Notes under the pieces: model-generated
Databases searched by the model: none
What the model was told of the DNA's origin: nothing
Seen by the model: only the letters and a program-made list of their open reading frames with translations
Part shown: piece by piece, positions 10,858 through 21,287 of the stretch
How positions within the stretch are numbered: the stretch's first letter is position 1
How the letters are laid out: each line of letters begins with the position of its first letter
Assembly: GCA_040285745.1 (NCBI GenBank)
Contig: JAUFOR010000008.1
Span: forward strand, 1,426,001 to 1,490,000
DNA from: Barthelona sp. PCE
Taxonomy: Eukaryota
Length of the DNA stretch: 64,000 nucleotides
Direction: 5' to 3'
Program-made: the position numbers and the translations under genes

Positions 10858-13818
10858 ATGAACGCGAACCAGCCGAAAGATCCGGAAAGGGAGCAAATTT
10901 CACAGTATACAAATGTTCTTTTAAGCCATTTCAGTGGGAAAGAATTTTTAAGCGAAGATTTCTTTTCTTCACTCATTTCGGGCAAGTATATCAAAAATAA
11001 CCAGATGATTATTTCTATTTTCGAGGCATTAAGCGACGAACGCGAAGAAGAAATAAGGAAACTTTGCAGCACTGATTACCAAGAGTTTTTAACGAGTATT
11101 GAGCGATTGGGTGAGGTAGAAGAGACAATTGTGAACCTAAAGAGCCAGATCAAAGACAACTTCTTTGACCTTGACGATATTTTACGTTCATTCACAAAGA
11201 TTTCTCACTCTATGGCTCAACTATACTTTGCACAGCACAACATCGAGGGCACAATCCGCGTCTTTGACTTCCTAAGTGTGGTATTTGAGTCTTTCAAGCA
11301 GGCTATTGATCACCTTAAGCCAATTGTCAAAATGATACTGACACGGAACGATGAATACAGCCCAGACTTCGAGCCCATGCAGCCTCAAAGTATATTGCAG
11401 GCGCTTGAGCTTCTCTTACAATTGAAAGAGCACTTTTTACCCTTTCTTTTCAAATATTCGTTTTACGGTGAGTTACAGGGTTGTGTTGATGCGCTGTTGG
11501 AACTGAGCTTACTGCACGTTGTTGACGCAATGAAATCGCAATGGAATTCGAATATTATGTTCTTCCAGAGCTATGGTTTCGTAGTTTTTAAGCATTTTTT
11601 TAAGTTGGATGAGAAGGAACCCCATTTTGTGAAGAAATTCGCAACGTACTTCAACTCCATGGTTTCAATCATACACAAACCGCCTACGCTCAGTGTTCTG
11701 GGACTCGATTTTGACAAATATAGCATCAACACCACAATTTTACAGATATGTTATCTAATACATGTGAAGCTCAAGAAGCGAGGCGCCTTCTTCAAGATAT
11801 ACAAGACAATGAAGGACGAGCAGTTCAAGTCTCTGCTCAACACAATGGAGAGCATGAACTTTGCGTTGACAGACACAATCGAAGAAGACGGTAGGACGTA
11901 CACCGGGTTTGACATCATCAAGCAGCGTTACGCCAGCTTCATTGGCTTTATCGCAATGGAAAGAAAAGTATGCTCCGTGATACCAGTTGACGAATCTCAT
12001 ATTGCTTCTTTTAAGAACAGCATGACGGATAAGCTCACTAATCTGTTCTTTAGGGAAAAGCTTCCAATCTACACCAATTTGAACAACAATCCTACTGACC
12101 TGGACCTTGAATTTTTCCTGCAATTCATCGCACTAACCCGCAGCTGGTTCATGGCCCTTGAATTCCTTGATTTTGGCGCAGAATTTGAGAAGCAATTTTG
12201 GGTTGAAATCGACAGCAACTTCCAGGCCCTAACCGTAAAGATCTTCAACGATCGGATCTTTAACCTATCAAACGAAATATCTCCTGAACTTATTGAGTTC
12301 CAGGACTGGTTCCAGGTCGGATCAAAGATGGGTGGCCAGAAGAAGAAGGGTGTGAGCATGGTCTCTTCTGTGTACAAGCGTATCAAGGAAAATCGAAACA
12401 ATAGTTTCATATTCTTACCCGCAGATCTCGACACGTTCCTCAGCAACACAGAGATCCAGGAGAAGTACAACCTATACGATGTACATTCCCTCAACGAAGA
12501 TGATTTACCCGATGCTTTGCTGGCTGAATTTGATGCTCTTGAGGAGTTGAGGCATGATATTGAGATTACAAAGGCAACAATGCTTAAGCTTACTGGGGAA
12601 AGCGCAACTTCAGTTGAAGACAGAGAATTACTGGATTACCTTGTTGCAAATTTTACTGGTTATCCATCTATTGATAATCTGGAATGTTTCCCCTTCACGC
12701 CGCTTGTTGTTGAGATCATTAAGATCGTGCAGGAAATGCTTCTGTGGTACAGCGCATACCTGTTTACAGTGGCTGATCGGTTCGGTACAGACAGTAACCT
12801 ACATGTTCAGTCCAACACGTTTATCAACTACTGCGAGACTTGCTTCGTTGAGGTGTTTAGTGATTTCATCGGGCAGGGGTTCGTTATGGCATATAGTAAC
12901 CGCAAGACTCAGTTTATGTCTTTTTTGGATGGTCATAACCGGTATGACAGCGTCGATCTAAGAAGCTGTCTTTTATTACTCCCCATTGTCTCTGATTTAT
13001 TTGCAATGGGTATATTCGTAAAGGACAACCTGCACACTATGGCCAAAAACATCATTGATGACGTCATCAAGAATATAGAAAAGAGTTTTGTGAAGCATCA
13101 CATTCTCCCCTTTTCACAGCTTACAGACTTCTCCAAGCAGTTTGGTGTGGAGAAGCATTTGGACGCTCAGTTCCAGCAGGTTGCGTGTAACTTCTGCACA
13201 AACATCATTGATGTGATAAAGGTGCAAATCATGAATTTCGTTGATTCCTCCGGCTCTGATTTTACACTGACACATCGTCTCGGAAGCATTGCGCAGGAGA
13301 GCATTGATGATGCAGTAAGAGAGATCCAGCCATCTTTCCATAACATGGTTGCGATGCAGACGCTCGAAGGTATTATTTTGAAGATGTTACGCTTCTTCCC
13401 GCGAGATTTTACAGAGATAATCATGAAGCAAATAAGTGAGAGACTGGATAAAATTATTTTAGAGCCTATTTTGAAGGGGAGACCTTGGAATTCCTTTTTT
13501 GCACTACAGATGTCGAGAGACGCGCAGTTGTGGACAGAACTCCTGAACAAGTACTGTGTATTGTTCGGAAATACTCCAAAAATCCTTGAAAACGCGTTTG
13601 CGACCATTTACAATTTTTGTGATATAATATGGTTCGATATGGACAAACTCACGTTTCTGAGCAACCTTGATAACCTTGCTTTACATCGCTTGAAGAAAAG
13701 CGAGGTTCGCACAATTCTCCGCGGATATCATGAACCAAAAAGGGTGAAACAGTCGGCAGTTCCGTTTTTGGTAAGCAACGGTCGTGTTGTGAAGCAGATC
13801 ATACAAGAACTTCAGTAG
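10858..13818 (+). CDS. SEC15: Exocyst component Sec15/EXOC6-like
   Basis: REEEIRKLCSTDYQEFLTSIERL matches the Sec15 N-terminal EIExxCxxxYQxF motif; FPFTPLV internal motif; helical protein of 986 aa. Confidence 0.78.
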   Translation: MNANQPKDPEREQISQYTNVLLSHFSGKEFLSEDFFSSLISGKYIKNNQMIISIFEALSDEREEEIRKLCSTDYQEFLTSIERLGEVEETIVNLKSQIKDNFFDLDDILRSFTKISHSMAQLYFAQHNIEGTIRVFDFLSVVFESFKQAIDHLKPIVKMILTRNDEYSPDFEPMQPQSILQALELLLQLKEHFLPFLFKYSFYGELQGCVDALLELSLLHVVDAMKSQWNSNIMFFQSYGFVVFKHFFKLDEKEPHFVKKFATYFNSMVSIIHKPPTLSVLGLDFDKYSINTTILQICYLIHVKLKKRGAFFKIYKTMKDEQFKSLLNTMESMNFALTDTIEEDGRTYTGFDIIKQRYASFIGFIAMERKVCSVIPVDESHIASFKNSMTDKLTNLFFREKLPIYTNLNNNPTDLDLEFFLQFIALTRSWFMALEFLDFGAEFEKQFWVEIDSNFQALTVKIFNDRIFNLSNEISPELIEFQDWFQVGSKMGGQKKKGVSMVSSVYKRIKENRNNSFIFLPADLDTFLSNTEIQEKYNLYDVHSLNEDDLPDALLAEFDALEELRHDIEITKATMLKLTGESATSVEDRELLDYLVANFTGYPSIDNLECFPFTPLVVEIIKIVQEMLLWYSAYLFTVADRFGTDSNLHVQSNTFINYCETCFVEVFSDFIGQGFVMAYSNRKTQFMSFLDGHNRYDSVDLRSCLLLLPIVSDLFAMGIFVKDNLHTMAKNIIDDVIKNIEKSFVKHHILPFSQLTDFSKQFGVEKHLDAQFQQVACNFCTNIIDVIKVQIMNFVDSSGSDFTLTHRLGSIAQESIDDAVREIQPSFHNMVAMQTLEGIILKMLRFFPRDFTEIIMKQISERLDKIILEPILKGRPWNSFFALQMSRDAQLWTELLNKYCVLFGNTPKILENAFATIYNFCDIIWFDMDKLTFLSNLDNLALHRLKKSEVRTILRGYHEPKRVKQSAVPFLVSNGRVVKQIIQELQ

Positions 13819-13892
13819 TATCCAGCATCAATCCTTCAAATCCAATAAAAAACTGATTGTTTTTTTATATATCTTATCAAAGCTGCTTGAAC

Positions 13893-14900
13893 ATGACCTT
13901 GCCCGATAAATGGCTTGGAGACAGTAAGGAGCTGCGATTAGATCTTCCTTCGGATTTGCAATTTGATGGCTATTTGGGTTGTAACAGTTCATTTGTTTAC
14001 AAGAATCATAGAGAGCGTAGGGAGCAGGTTATTGAATGGCGCACGACAATCACTTGCAAGGATTGTGAATATGTTGAACCATTTACACAGCGTGTTTTTG
14101 AGGTGAGAGACCCTTTTTATGATACACAATTCTGGAAACCACGCTTTGCATTCATCAAATGTCTCATTCCCCTCACTACAAAATTCTCATTAGCAATAGC
14201 TATGCTGTATGAAGACGAAAAAATGGGTTTATATCTTATTGAATTTGCAGAACCAGGTGGAGAATCCATCAGAACAAAGATCAGAGACATCCCTGCTGGT
14301 GCAAGATTCATAATATCTGACGGTCTGTATCTTGAAGCATCAATAAGTGAGCGGATTCTTTATGATTTCAGGGATTTTTCTCAGAATTTAACAACTTGCT
14401 TGTTCCGATACGTTACAACCCCATATGAGAAGGTGTGCAAAGTGGCAAACACCCAGCATTGGTTTTTTTATAACCTGAATTATAGCGAAAATGGAGAAAA
14501 CAACACTTTCACATCATGTGTCATTTGCAATCCGTTAAATGATGATAGAATAGAGATATCTGAGCACATTCCCGCCCTCCTGACACACGAATTTGACATG
14601 CGTGGATGGCCGGGAATGGATATCAGACGTCTCTCAGATTTCGCCTACATTCACTACTTCAAGGATGATGAAGTTATTTTTTCCATACGCATTATGAACT
14701 TCATAACCGTTTTTGTGAAGGTTAGAGATAATGGTGAGATTAGGGAGCGTGTACACAAATTCATATTTCTCAAAGATGAACCATTCTGTTTCGAGAAGCA
14801 ATTCCCTGATTTTAAATCTGATAATTTGAATATTGAACTAAATAACATCACTGTATATGATGGTTTTCTCTCACATGAAGCAATTTTAGTACCAGAATAA
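13893..14900 (+). CDS. Hypothetical orphan protein (aromatic/beta-rich)
   Basis: About 335-aa ORF with no recognisable motif. Confidence 0.65.
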   Translation: MTLPDKWLGDSKELRLDLPSDLQFDGYLGCNSSFVYKNHRERREQVIEWRTTITCKDCEYVEPFTQRVFEVRDPFYDTQFWKPRFAFIKCLIPLTTKFSLAIAMLYEDEKMGLYLIEFAEPGGESIRTKIRDIPAGARFIISDGLYLEASISERILYDFRDFSQNLTTCLFRYVTTPYEKVCKVANTQHWFFYNLNYSENGENNTFTSCVICNPLNDDRIEISEHIPALLTHEFDMRGWPGMDIRRLSDFAYIHYFKDDEVIFSIRIMNFITVFVKVRDNGEIRERVHKFIFLKDEPFCFEKQFPDFKSDNLNIELNNITVYDGFLSHEAILVPE

Positions 14901-14906
14901 TTCACT

Positions 14907-16850
14907 TTACAACAAAACAGTTTCACTTAATTCTCCCTTCAGCAACTTGGTACTATTAACAATTGTACTGAGATCCACCTTATTCAAGGAGCCTAAAAAC
15001 TCGCGCAGATCCATGTCCATGTCCTTTCTTTCAACAAGCTCATTTGCAGAAAAAGTATACTGTCTGTATATAAGACGTCCATGGCGTGATGCATTCACAT
15101 TAATAACTGTTGCTGTTCCATCGTGGATGTGCACAGTTGACTCACTGATGTTAATATGTTCGGCTTTTGCATCAACGATCAAACCTCCAGGGCTGTAAAA
15201 CCCTTTCGATGTCAAGACAACTGACTCAGTAACAAAGTTAACAAATTTCCCAATACCTCTATGAACATGACCATCAATGTGGAATTCATCTTTCCTGACA
15301 AACGAATCAAAATTGTAATAGTTTATACGACCTTCCAATGTCTGAGGGCTGCTGTACATAATATCATCTTCATTCTGTTGGAAAACAAGACTAGTGTCAG
15401 ATTTTGGACAGTAAGCGATAACCGTTGTGTCGTTGAAATAAACAACGTGGCCGTTATCAAAATACCCTAAACTGGCAACATGGTCGCCTCTTCTGTACCA
15501 CTTCTTCAGTTCAATCTCGTTCCCATAATTTTTGCCGTAATCAATCATACACAAGATTCCCTGCTCAACAAGCCCAATAACTTCAGTACCGAAGTTTCGA
15601 TTAATTAAAGCCTTTGAAGCACTCTCGAAATATTCACCATTGAAATTGTCAAGATAAAACTCAGCATTACGCTGTCCTCTATGAGTTGAAGATCCAATTC
15701 GGAGTTCACTTCCCCTCAGAAAAGATCCTATTTGAACTTTTTTTTTACCAGAGATGTACACCACTGACCTGTTTGGTATATCAAAATATAGTGTATTTTC
15801 CTTACTCTTGCACATGAATCCAGTTGTTGAAACAAATTTTGGAATCATTTTAACGTTTCTAGCAATAAAAGATGAATCAGTAACTACTCTACCTCTCATT
15901 AAGTCTTTTCCCTCAAAATAGTACGGCTGTAACATGAGATCGTTGTTGTTCATGGAAATGGAGAACTTCTGCTGAGGTATGAAAATCTTTTTCTTGAAAT
16001 CACATAGCATAGCTTTTTCAGTTCGTAAACAATTACCGGATGCTATAAAGCATTCATTTCCGTCTTCTAATGAAACAAAATCAACATTAGAATTCATCAA
16101 CATCATATTACCATTAAGTGCTTGATGACCTCCCTGATATCCAAAAGTTTTTGATAAGATATCTTCACCATTATCAGAGTAGAAAAAACGCCAGGCACGA
16201 CTCAAATTCTCATCACACATGTGATCTGGACTTAGGTAATGATTGATGAGAACCGAAAAACTGTCAGAAAATTCATTAAAATGATAAAAAGTTTCGTATT
16301 TTGCTTTTTCCAATTGTTGGCTCTCGAAACTACGTGAAGAAATCGTTTCTGGTGTTAGTTTAACAGCTATCTTGTTCAAATTCCGCTGACATTTCTCAAC
16401 AAAAATCGCATTCATTCCGATAAAGCCACAAAATCTTCCATTCCTGAGCGATGGCAGTCTGTGTCTGGAGCCTATGGTGTCACCATCCCAAATTACTACG
16501 TAATAATCATAACCCATTCTACAGAACATAGTTTCCTTGTTCAAGAAACGGATCTCATGGCATTCGTCGTCGGGTTGATATTCTATAGTGTGGTCCAGAG
16601 AATATACATTGTTTTCGACCGTAAAATAAGTTACTCTTTCACGCTTATTCGCTCTGAAATGTAGATTGTTCGGATAAGCAATGAAAGGCGATAAAACGCA
16701 GTTAAGTAACCTATCAGGATTACATCGTCCTTTGATAGTCCCCATACATTCAGCATTGGGGGATAAAATTATATCCCTTTCAAATACCGTATTTGCACAA
16801 TTTTCTTCATCTGCTATGGTTAACTTATTACCTTTAAGCTCAAAATTCAT
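14907..16850 (-). CDS. Hypothetical orphan protein (beta-strand rich)
   Basis: 647-aa ATG-initiated ORF with no recognisable motif. Confidence 0.75.
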   Translation of the reverse strand: MNFELKGNKLTIADEENCANTVFERDIILSPNAECMGTIKGRCNPDRLLNCVLSPFIAYPNNLHFRANKRERVTYFTVENNVYSLDHTIEYQPDDECHEIRFLNKETMFCRMGYDYYVVIWDGDTIGSRHRLPSLRNGRFCGFIGMNAIFVEKCQRNLNKIAVKLTPETISSRSFESQQLEKAKYETFYHFNEFSDSFSVLINHYLSPDHMCDENLSRAWRFFYSDNGEDILSKTFGYQGGHQALNGNMMLMNSNVDFVSLEDGNECFIASGNCLRTEKAMLCDFKKKIFIPQQKFSISMNNNDLMLQPYYFEGKDLMRGRVVTDSSFIARNVKMIPKFVSTTGFMCKSKENTLYFDIPNRSVVYISGKKKVQIGSFLRGSELRIGSSTHRGQRNAEFYLDNFNGEYFESASKALINRNFGTEVIGLVEQGILCMIDYGKNYGNEIELKKWYRRGDHVASLGYFDNGHVVYFNDTTVIAYCPKSDTSLVFQQNEDDIMYSSPQTLEGRINYYNFDSFVRKDEFHIDGHVHRGIGKFVNFVTESVVLTSKGFYSPGGLIVDAKAEHINISESTVHIHDGTATVINVNASRHGRLIYRQYTFSANELVERKDMDMDLREFLGSLNKVDLSTIVNSTKLLKGELSETVLL

Positions 16851-17536
16851 TACTATTTTCTACAAAAAACGAAAGTAAGAGTAGAAAACTTTAAACAGAT
16901 GACTGAGATACAGATGAGCTGAAATCTCGTCATTCATTATTTTAGTTCGTTTTTACGATCAAATAAAGCATTTTTGTAAAGAACACCAACACTCAAAATC
17001 CAAAAAAAATCAATACACTTTAAACCACTATATTACAGTTTTTATAGCTCATTTATGTGTTATACAACAGTTTTTTAAGAATTAAAAACTCTAATAAAAG
17101 ATATTTATAACACATTCTAAGATATCAACAAAAATATCTCAACGTTTAAGTATATACATCATTAAAACCTTTTTCTTATGCTTATTCTTTCTTTTAACAG
17201 CACTAAACGGAATAAAACAAATAATTCTTTTTAGACAGGCAACTATTTCTATCCAAATAATCAAAATATTCCTTCAAATGATACTATTTTACATATAATT
17301 ATTCAATGTACACTATTTTTTACTATATTTTTTTAAAACTAAAACTATAAATAAGGAATAAAAATGTTTATTTTTAAATTACTATTACAATTTTTGAAAT
17401 ATGTTGATATAGATGAAATAGTCCATAAAAGAAGTGAATTTATAAGTTTTACCATAAAAAAAAATTGTGGATGAACACTAAACTTTTATTCTGAATATTT
17501 TAATAATATTAATATTTTTTCAAGTAGTTTTCCGAA

Positions 17537-17615
17537 GATTTCGTGGCCGAGTGGTTAAGGCGCTAGATTAAGGCTCTAGTTCATTTGAGCGCGAGTTCGA
17601 TTCTCGTCGAAATCA
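17537..17615 (+). tRNA. tRNA-Leu (anticodon AAG)
   Basis: Acceptor stem GATTTCG/CGAAATC plus discriminator A; D-arm TGGCCGAGTGGTTAAGGC; anticodon stem CTAGA/TCTAG with AAG at 17570-17572; variable arm; T-arm GCGAG-TTCGATT-CTCGT; no encoded CCA. Confidence 0.95.
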
Positions 17616-17621
17616 TTTTTT
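17616..17621 (+). terminator. RNA polymerase III oligo-T terminator
   Basis: T6 run immediately after the tRNA. Confidence 0.75.
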
Positions 17622-17726
17622 GTTAATGAATTTTTTAGTATTAGTGTTTCTGAGTTTGACTCTAACAAAGTTTGAGTTGCTAATATATTGTTAGTGTTAG
17701 TAACATATAATTCTTTATGTAAATTT

Positions 17727-17763
17727 TTGGTCTATGTTGGTCTATGTTGGTCTATGTTGGTCT
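17727..17763. repeat. 10-bp tandem repeat (TTGGTCTATG) x3.7
   Basis: Directly visible in the sequence. Confidence 0.9.
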
Positions 17764-17900
17764 GTCTTTTGTTAGTTGATTTTATTTTTATGTTGGATTA
17801 TGAGTTTGGCTAATGTTTTTAATAGTATCTTTCTGTAATTCGTATTCATAATGTTTTTTTCAGTAATGATAGACAAGGTTTCTTACTAGTCCTTGATATT

Positions 17901-18188
17901 GTATATGTAAAGAGAAAGAGCTGTACAACCTTCCTGAGGATCGGTAAACTCAATCTGAAAGGTATTGCCAAAATGAAAATGAAGTTACACAAATCACTGC
18001 ATCATATTGTATTTGAAGATTCAGTGAACATTGCAGAACATTACCAACACGTTGACAGTATCAGATTCAGAAATTTGGAGGAGGATTCCAGAAAACGCAC
18101 ATCAAGTGCAAGGGATATGCCTATGTCATTACTTTGTGATGAAGATGAAGATTGTTATGAAGATGAAGATGAAGATTATTATGAATAG
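17901..18188 (+). pseudogene. Degenerate C-terminal remnant of a hAT-like transposase
   Basis: KMKLHKSLHHIVFEDSVNIAEHYQHVDSIRFRNLEEDSRKRTSS aligns without gaps to KMRLHRSLHHWVCMDSARISDYSAHVDEFRFRELEELARKRTSS of the 49311..49619 ORF, which carries VERVFS. Confidence 0.6.
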
Positions 18189-18244
18189 GAAAATGTCTCA
18201 TGAGAACAAATTTTTTGATTGAAAAATCTTTTTCATTCCTTTTC

Positions 18245-20026
18245 ATGAGCAAGGATATCCTTGACACACGTAAACCCACGAATAACACATCAAATAATGT
18301 TCCAAAATGTTCATTTGGAGACAGTGAATTTTGGCTGTCCCAATGTGACGATCGCACTTGGAAATTAACATCATTCTCGAAGAAGTCCGGACTATCTACC
18401 CATACCCAACTCGACCCTGAGATCTCTTCTTTGATCAGCGATGCTTTGCCTTTTGGGAAAGCCTTTATGGCGTGCAGCAGCATTTACGGTTCGCTTGGAG
18501 TTGTCAGCAGCAACAGCAGGGATGGTGTGTGCGAGACACATTATCGTACATTCAAGCACGATGATGATGGTATTCAGATACTGAATCAAGTCGTTTTTCC
18601 GGAGGTGCACACTCATATCAGTGTTTTTGACAGAGCTATGGGTGCCATTACGACCAATCAGAGCGTTTTGACGACATACATTATCCTTAAAAATGGCTCA
18701 CTTGTAGACAAAACCAAACATAATCTCCCATTTCCAATTACAAATTTTGTCATGTGTCCATACAACTGGGTGATCGCAACCAAACAGATGCACTTGAACG
18801 ATTCTGCTGTAGGGTTGTTCAATCTTGACTCGGAAGAGCAGTCTCTTTTGCCGTGCCTTGTGACATCCCTTGACATATCCATAACTGTCAACAACAGCTT
18901 CACATTTGAAGCGTGTAATGTCATGAATCGCAGGGAAAATGTATTCATTTCTCTTTCATTTTTAAGTGCTCAACTCTACACAATGAGCACTTCAAATATT
19001 GATATTGATAATACAATTCAAAATTCCATGAATATGACTGTCAAACCTGGTATAATTGCTCCTGCGAATACTGAATATTGCCAAACACTTCCTGTGATTG
19101 ACATATCAGCTCCAACTGCCCTATTACTCAATTCAGTCGATGTTCCTGTGTGTGTTGATCATGAACCGCATGCAATATCAACGCAAATCGCTCTCAAAAA
19201 TGAAGTACCAGAGAGTGAAAGTGAGAACGAAATTGAAGTTGAGCAGTATACAGATTGTGATTTTGACAATTATTGTGAACTTTACTATTATTTGTTTGTC
19301 GAATCCGAGATGTTATGTTTCAAATATAGTGAATTGGAAGAGAAGTATTGTACAGAATTGTGTTACAACAGTGAATTTGAGTATAAAATAAGTGGTAATG
19401 ATGAATGTGCTGTTATATGCGAGTATAGTGGCACATCAGGCACGTTTTATTTATATAATTTCAAAGATACCGTTTTTTCATATGTTCACTGTTTTGAGTT
19501 TGATGTTTCTGATGATATATCTTCTATTGAACACGAATATATTATTAATGCTCATGGAAAGTTTATCCTGCTGTGCGTACCGTCTGATTCTTTATCCGTT
19601 ACCTATGTGTATAACACAAATGGTAATCTAATGTACACTGAAAGAGAAAGAGCAAGAATTAAAAATTTGTACGTGAACAATGAAGTTGTTGTGGTTGAAT
19701 TCACAGGTTGTGACTTTGTTCATACAGTAATCACCGATGATGAATTTAGAGTAAGAAAGCGATTCAGTATAGATTTAGATTACCATACCATACGCCCTTT
19801 TCGAAATTGGGTCGCTTTTGATTATGGACCACATGTTTACGAAATTGAATCAGGAAGAATGTATAGAACTACTCAATATGGTAGTATAAATATTATGAAA
19901 AGCAATTTCAATGAAAGAGATATGGAACGAAGTATAAGAGGTGGTCATAATATAAAAGCTTGCCTTATTAGCTTTTTTGTTTTATTCATTTTGCTCTTTC
20001 TTTTTTCTTTTGATATGTTTTCGTAA
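18245..20026 (+). CDS. Hypothetical protein with C-terminal transmembrane anchor
   Basis: About 600-aa ORF ending CLISFFVLFILLFLFSF. The start could be 18200 or 18245. Possibly chimeric (see findings). Confidence 0.65.
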   Translation: MSKDILDTRKPTNNTSNNVPKCSFGDSEFWLSQCDDRTWKLTSFSKKSGLSTHTQLDPEISSLISDALPFGKAFMACSSIYGSLGVVSSNSRDGVCETHYRTFKHDDDGIQILNQVVFPEVHTHISVFDRAMGAITTNQSVLTTYIILKNGSLVDKTKHNLPFPITNFVMCPYNWVIATKQMHLNDSAVGLFNLDSEEQSLLPCLVTSLDISITVNNSFTFEACNVMNRRENVFISLSFLSAQLYTMSTSNIDIDNTIQNSMNMTVKPGIIAPANTEYCQTLPVIDISAPTALLLNSVDVPVCVDHEPHAISTQIALKNEVPESESENEIEVEQYTDCDFDNYCELYYYLFVESEMLCFKYSELEEKYCTELCYNSEFEYKISGNDECAVICEYSGTSGTFYLYNFKDTVFSYVHCFEFDVSDDISSIEHEYIINAHGKFILLCVPSDSLSVTYVYNTNGNLMYTERERARIKNLYVNNEVVVVEFTGCDFVHTVITDDEFRVRKRFSIDLDYHTIRPFRNWVAFDYGPHVYEIESGRMYRTTQYGSINIMKSNFNERDMERSIRGGHNIKACLISFFVLFILLFLFSFDMFS

Positions 20027-20118
20027 ATGTAGATTATTGACGTTCGCCTTCTCTCATGTACATTGGCTCAACACCATTTTTTTGAAAAGTTGAGATAATA
20101 TAACCATTATTCAGTCAT

Positions 20119-20143
20119 TAATTACGCTCGCTAATTACGCTCG
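20119..20143. repeat. Direct repeat TAATTACGCTCG x2 (13-bp period)
   Basis: Copies at 20119-20130 and 20132-20143. Confidence 0.8.
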
Positions 20144-20746
20144 TTAATATCAGGTCATATGTGAAGGTTATTCTGAACTAAAATAAATAAAATGTAAATG
20201 AGAATTCTAAAAAAGTGGTGTTTTTATGCTATCTGTTAATTCTGAGTCATTCAGAAGGTTTCTATGTGATTGGTGAGGCATGCCTGTGAATAGCACGCTA
20301 TTTCGTAGTAGTAGATCTACTTGAGGAGTAAGCACGCGATCCTTCCTTGAGTACTCACTTCATTTCTTTCTCCCCTTTTTCTTTAAAAAAAGGGCTTTAA
20401 AACAATTCTCAACACAAGTGCCTAACTCCGAAGTAAATTTACAACCTTCTACGAAGCTTTTTCATCAACTAATTTTAACAGCATATTTTGGTTATTATGA
20501 ATAGTTTGCAAGTGATAAAATAGAAGGAAAAGTTGTTTGCAGTGGTAAATGGTAATGAATTGAGAAATAAGTGTGGATTATTTACTCAGACTATCTATAC
20601 ATGTAAATAAATATATTTTGAGATAATACTTCGGAGTACATTGGTAAATCTCACTCAAAAAAGGTGGAACTAAACAAAAAGTACACTAAATACGTTTTCG
20701 TTATTTATTCCCATTTTCATTGTTTAAGAGTGTCAATAAGACCATA

Positions 20747-21265
20747 ATGAACATAAGCAATATTCAAAACATACAACGCCAACAAGCAGCTGGTCGTACT
20801 AACCAAATGGGTAAGAAAGCATGTTGTTTTATCATCTTCTTTTTAGTTTGCTTCTTTGCCATTCCAGTTGCCGGAATTTCAGGCAACGCTGGGTTAAGTA
20901 TTGCTATCTTCTTCATCCTATTCATTGGTACGTTTGTCTTTATTATTACTATGGCTTGTGTAGGCATCAAGAGGCAACTTGAGATGCAAGGTGCCATTCA
21001 GAACCAGACAAATGCTATTTTGCAGAACGTTGAGGGAGCTGCTATCCAGGGTCAATATAATGCTTCGTATCAGCAGCCTCAACCAGTTCCTGTTGTTCAA
21101 CCAGTGCAACCATATCAGTCTCAACCAGCATATCAGCCACAACCTCAGCCATCTTATCAACCTCAACAACCATCGTACAATCTAGCACCAGCTGCTCCTG
21201 TATATGTTCCAACAACTGAACCTGCTTCATACGGATACCAGCCTCAGGTCTCATACGGCGTGTAA
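20747..21265 (+). CDS. Two-TM membrane protein with Gln/Pro/Tyr-rich tail
   Basis: Two hydrophobic helices followed by a QPSYQP-type low-complexity C-terminus. Confidence 0.8.
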   Translation: MNISNIQNIQRQQAAGRTNQMGKKACCFIIFFLVCFFAIPVAGISGNAGLSIAIFFILFIGTFVFIITMACVGIKRQLEMQGAIQNQTNAILQNVEGAAIQGQYNASYQQPQPVPVVQPVQPYQSQPAYQPQPQPSYQPQQPSYNLAPAAPVYVPTTEPASYGYQPQVSYGV

Positions 21266-21287
21266 ATATTAACAGAATGAAATCATT

